NCBI GenBank assembly: GCA_016748015.1
Contig: JAAOMT010000070.1
Coordinates: forward strand, 248,001 to 312,000
From: Geosiphon pyriformis uo1
Taxonomy: Eukaryota > Fungi > Glomeromycota
DNA: 64,000 nt
Reading direction: 5' to 3'
Shown: positions 61,834 to 64,000 of the stretch, one piece after another
Position numbering within the stretch: position 1 is the stretch's first letter
Layout of the letters: every line of letters starts with the position of its first letter
Translations under genes and position numbers: made by a program
The notes under the pieces: model-generated
Database searches by the model: none
Seen by the model: only the letters and a program-made list of their open reading frames with translations
Told to the model about the DNA's origin: nothing

Positions 61834-64000
61834 TGTTACAGGTGATTATTTCTGGTGTTGGATTAAGTAACAAACCCATAACTTGGTGCTCAAATCTAGT
61901 TGCAGTTGATAGTAATCTGAAGGTTTGTGTCTGAAGGGTTTGTATCCGAAGAGTTTGGTTAAGTTCTTTGTATAATGGACAGAGATTCAATGGTAATAGT
62001 TTTATCCATAGCTTTCTAAAACTGCAGTTTTGTTAATTTCTTTCTCAGCTTGATGGCTGGTATTTCTTCTGGTAAACTATCTTCAATCAAGTATTTTACC
62101 CTTATTTTTGGGTCTTTTACCAGTCACGTTTATCCTGACATCAGTATTTTGCACGTTAATCCTCAATAGAGTTAGTAAACAACCATAAAATCAAAGCAAG
62201 AAATAAAGAAAAAAAAAGAAAATAAAGAAAAAAAAAAAATAAGCCAAGGTGATTTGCAAGTTGGTATTCCATTAATAGCCATAATCAAGAGCTATTGTTC
62301 CAGTATGGTTAAGTATCAATTACTATCAACATGAAGTGTTGATAGTGATAGCGGGTTTAAGATAACAAACAGTTATTTATTTGTGGTTTGGAAAGTTGTC
62401 TAAATAAAATCTAAACTGAGAGATCTGTCTTTTCAGCTTCTAATCCTACTGCTATATATACATAATTAAGATTCCTCAATTCCTCAATTCTTCACAACAA
62501 GAATCCTGGAATTCCTGGAATCCTGCAATTTTTTTGAAAGAAATCCTGAAATTCTGAAATCCTGCAATTCTTTGTAAAAATCTTGTAATTCCTGGAATCC
62601 TGCAATTCCTGAAAGGAATCCTGGAATTTCACATTTTACTACGTCTACTTCTGATTGGCTAATAACTATGCTAATATATATTCCCTATATTTCTATGAGT
62701 AACATTATTCCCTCTTTTTAATATTGAGCTCTGTCAAAATCTAACTTTGTTAATTTCCTTTCTTGAAGTATTTCCTGAATTTCATTTTCGAGAATTACTT
62801 GTGTTATTTGAGTCTGTAATTTTTCAAATTAAGCATTGGTGATCTTTTCTAATTGATTACTGGTAACCATATCTATTGCTTTGTTGAGTAAGATTTCTGG
62901 TTGATCCTGAAATGCTGTGTGTATTTGGTATATGGCTTAGGCCTGTGTAGATAAGTTGTTCTTTCTTACAAAATGTTCTAATTGTTGTAGTATTCTTGTG
63001 TCAAATAATTGCTTTGTTTTATCCGTATATAGATTCTGGATATTTATGTGTTATCCCAAGTAAAAATAACAATAGTTTCTTGGAAATTGTTGTATTCACC
63101 AATTCCAAGTTTCTTTAGTCAACTCTTGGTATAGTGACTTTTTTGTCAACTCTTTTATTGCTAATTTTACTTTCACAATGATTTTGTCAACGGTATTTTT
63201 TGTTTTTTTTTGTGTTCTATATGGTAATGTCTTTCTAGTGTCTTAATATCGAATAGTTTATTGATTAATTGTAATTTCCATCTCTTGGTGTTGAATCAAT
63301 TGAAAGAGTTGTTGTGCTAGTGAGTGGATGTTGTCTGTAATTTCCATTTTTCTAATATTTCTTGTTGTATTTACCATGTCTTTATATATTCTTTTTATAG
63401 ATTAATTTAATGTGTTGTTGTCAATGATGATAATTGGTTCCAGATCTTGTGGAATTTTCTTTGGTTGGACTAGTATCCTCTGTACTTCTAATTGTGAAAT
63501 ATTACTGGTGGATAGTAGTGTGATATTGTGGTATGGTTTCAGTCGATTTCTATGTGCTGCTTTGGTTAAAATTTTGTTATCCAGTCTTAATTTGTAAGCT
63601 CTATTTCCTAGAATTTTTTCTATGTAAAATGGTCTATTCCATTTGGGGTCAAATTTTCCACTCCATTGTTTTTCTGCTTTGGTACGATGTAAGAGTACTT
63701 TGTCTCCAATTTTGAATTCAACTGGTTTGTCTGGTAGTTAATTATTATGTCTTTCTTTCTGTTTCTCTTGTGACTTTTGTATGTTATCAGCTGCTCTTCT
63801 TCATTTGTTTTCCAATATTTCTATTAAGTCATATGTTCTTCTTAATAATGTTTCTTGGAAATTTTCTTCTGTTATTGGTTCAGTTGGATATGTGTTAACC
63901 TCTATCTCAACTGGTAATATTGTTGTTCTACCATATATCAATTCAAATGGTGTTGCTTGTATGGTGTCTTGCTTTATTGTTCGATAAGCAAATAATACTG
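61834..64000 (-). mobile_element. LTR-F: 3' end of an LTR-C-family element (integrase C-terminus ~63400-64000, ORF3 62718-63377, PPT 62708-62719, 3' LTR 61834-62704)
   Basis: The minus strand reads AAAAAGAGGGAATAA-TGTTACTCATAG...TGTAACA. Integrase end FKIGDKVL...KWNRPF. Runs off the window end. Confidence 0.93.

Noticed and set aside
1-64000. tRNA, rRNA or telomeric repeats; target-site duplications for the LINEs
   Set aside because: None recognisable by eye. LINE flanks are too AT-rich and decayed to call TSDs reliably.

Overview
This is a eukaryotic, AT-rich window made up almost entirely of nested, decaying retrotransposons around one host gene. The kinase type and repeat families resemble Glomeromycotina/Mucoromycota fungi; that assignment is recollection-level inference and was not verified. 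Contents: (i) Five near-full or partial non-LTR (LINE) elements with ORF1 plus ORF2 (APE endonuclease-RT-RNase H-CCHC), and several relic fragments. (ii) Two full-length ~9.9 kb Ty3/Gypsy-type LTR retrotransposons (5325-15180, 49852-59842), a 3 kb internally deleted derivative (15928-18961), a chimeric solo LTR, and the 3' end of another copy at the window end. (iii) A three-exon tyrosine-kinase-like protein kinase (24499-26005) with a premature stop and a frameshift. The most interesting system is the LTR family. It has one gag-pol frame carrying a multi-CxxC cysteine-rich module and a dUTPase between protease and RT. The integrase appears to be a separate ORF (same stop/ATG arrangement in two divergent copies). 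A conserved ~210-230 aa extra ORF, lacking env-like features, sits before the PPT. Target duplications are 4 bp, and every insertion seen lies inside another transposon. The repeats show strongly directional C->T/G->A decay (reciprocal CA/TG pairs between sister LTRs; CGA->TGA stops without frameshifts), and the oldest copies grade into near-pure AT DNA. Coordinates were counted by hand, and relic boundaries are approximate.
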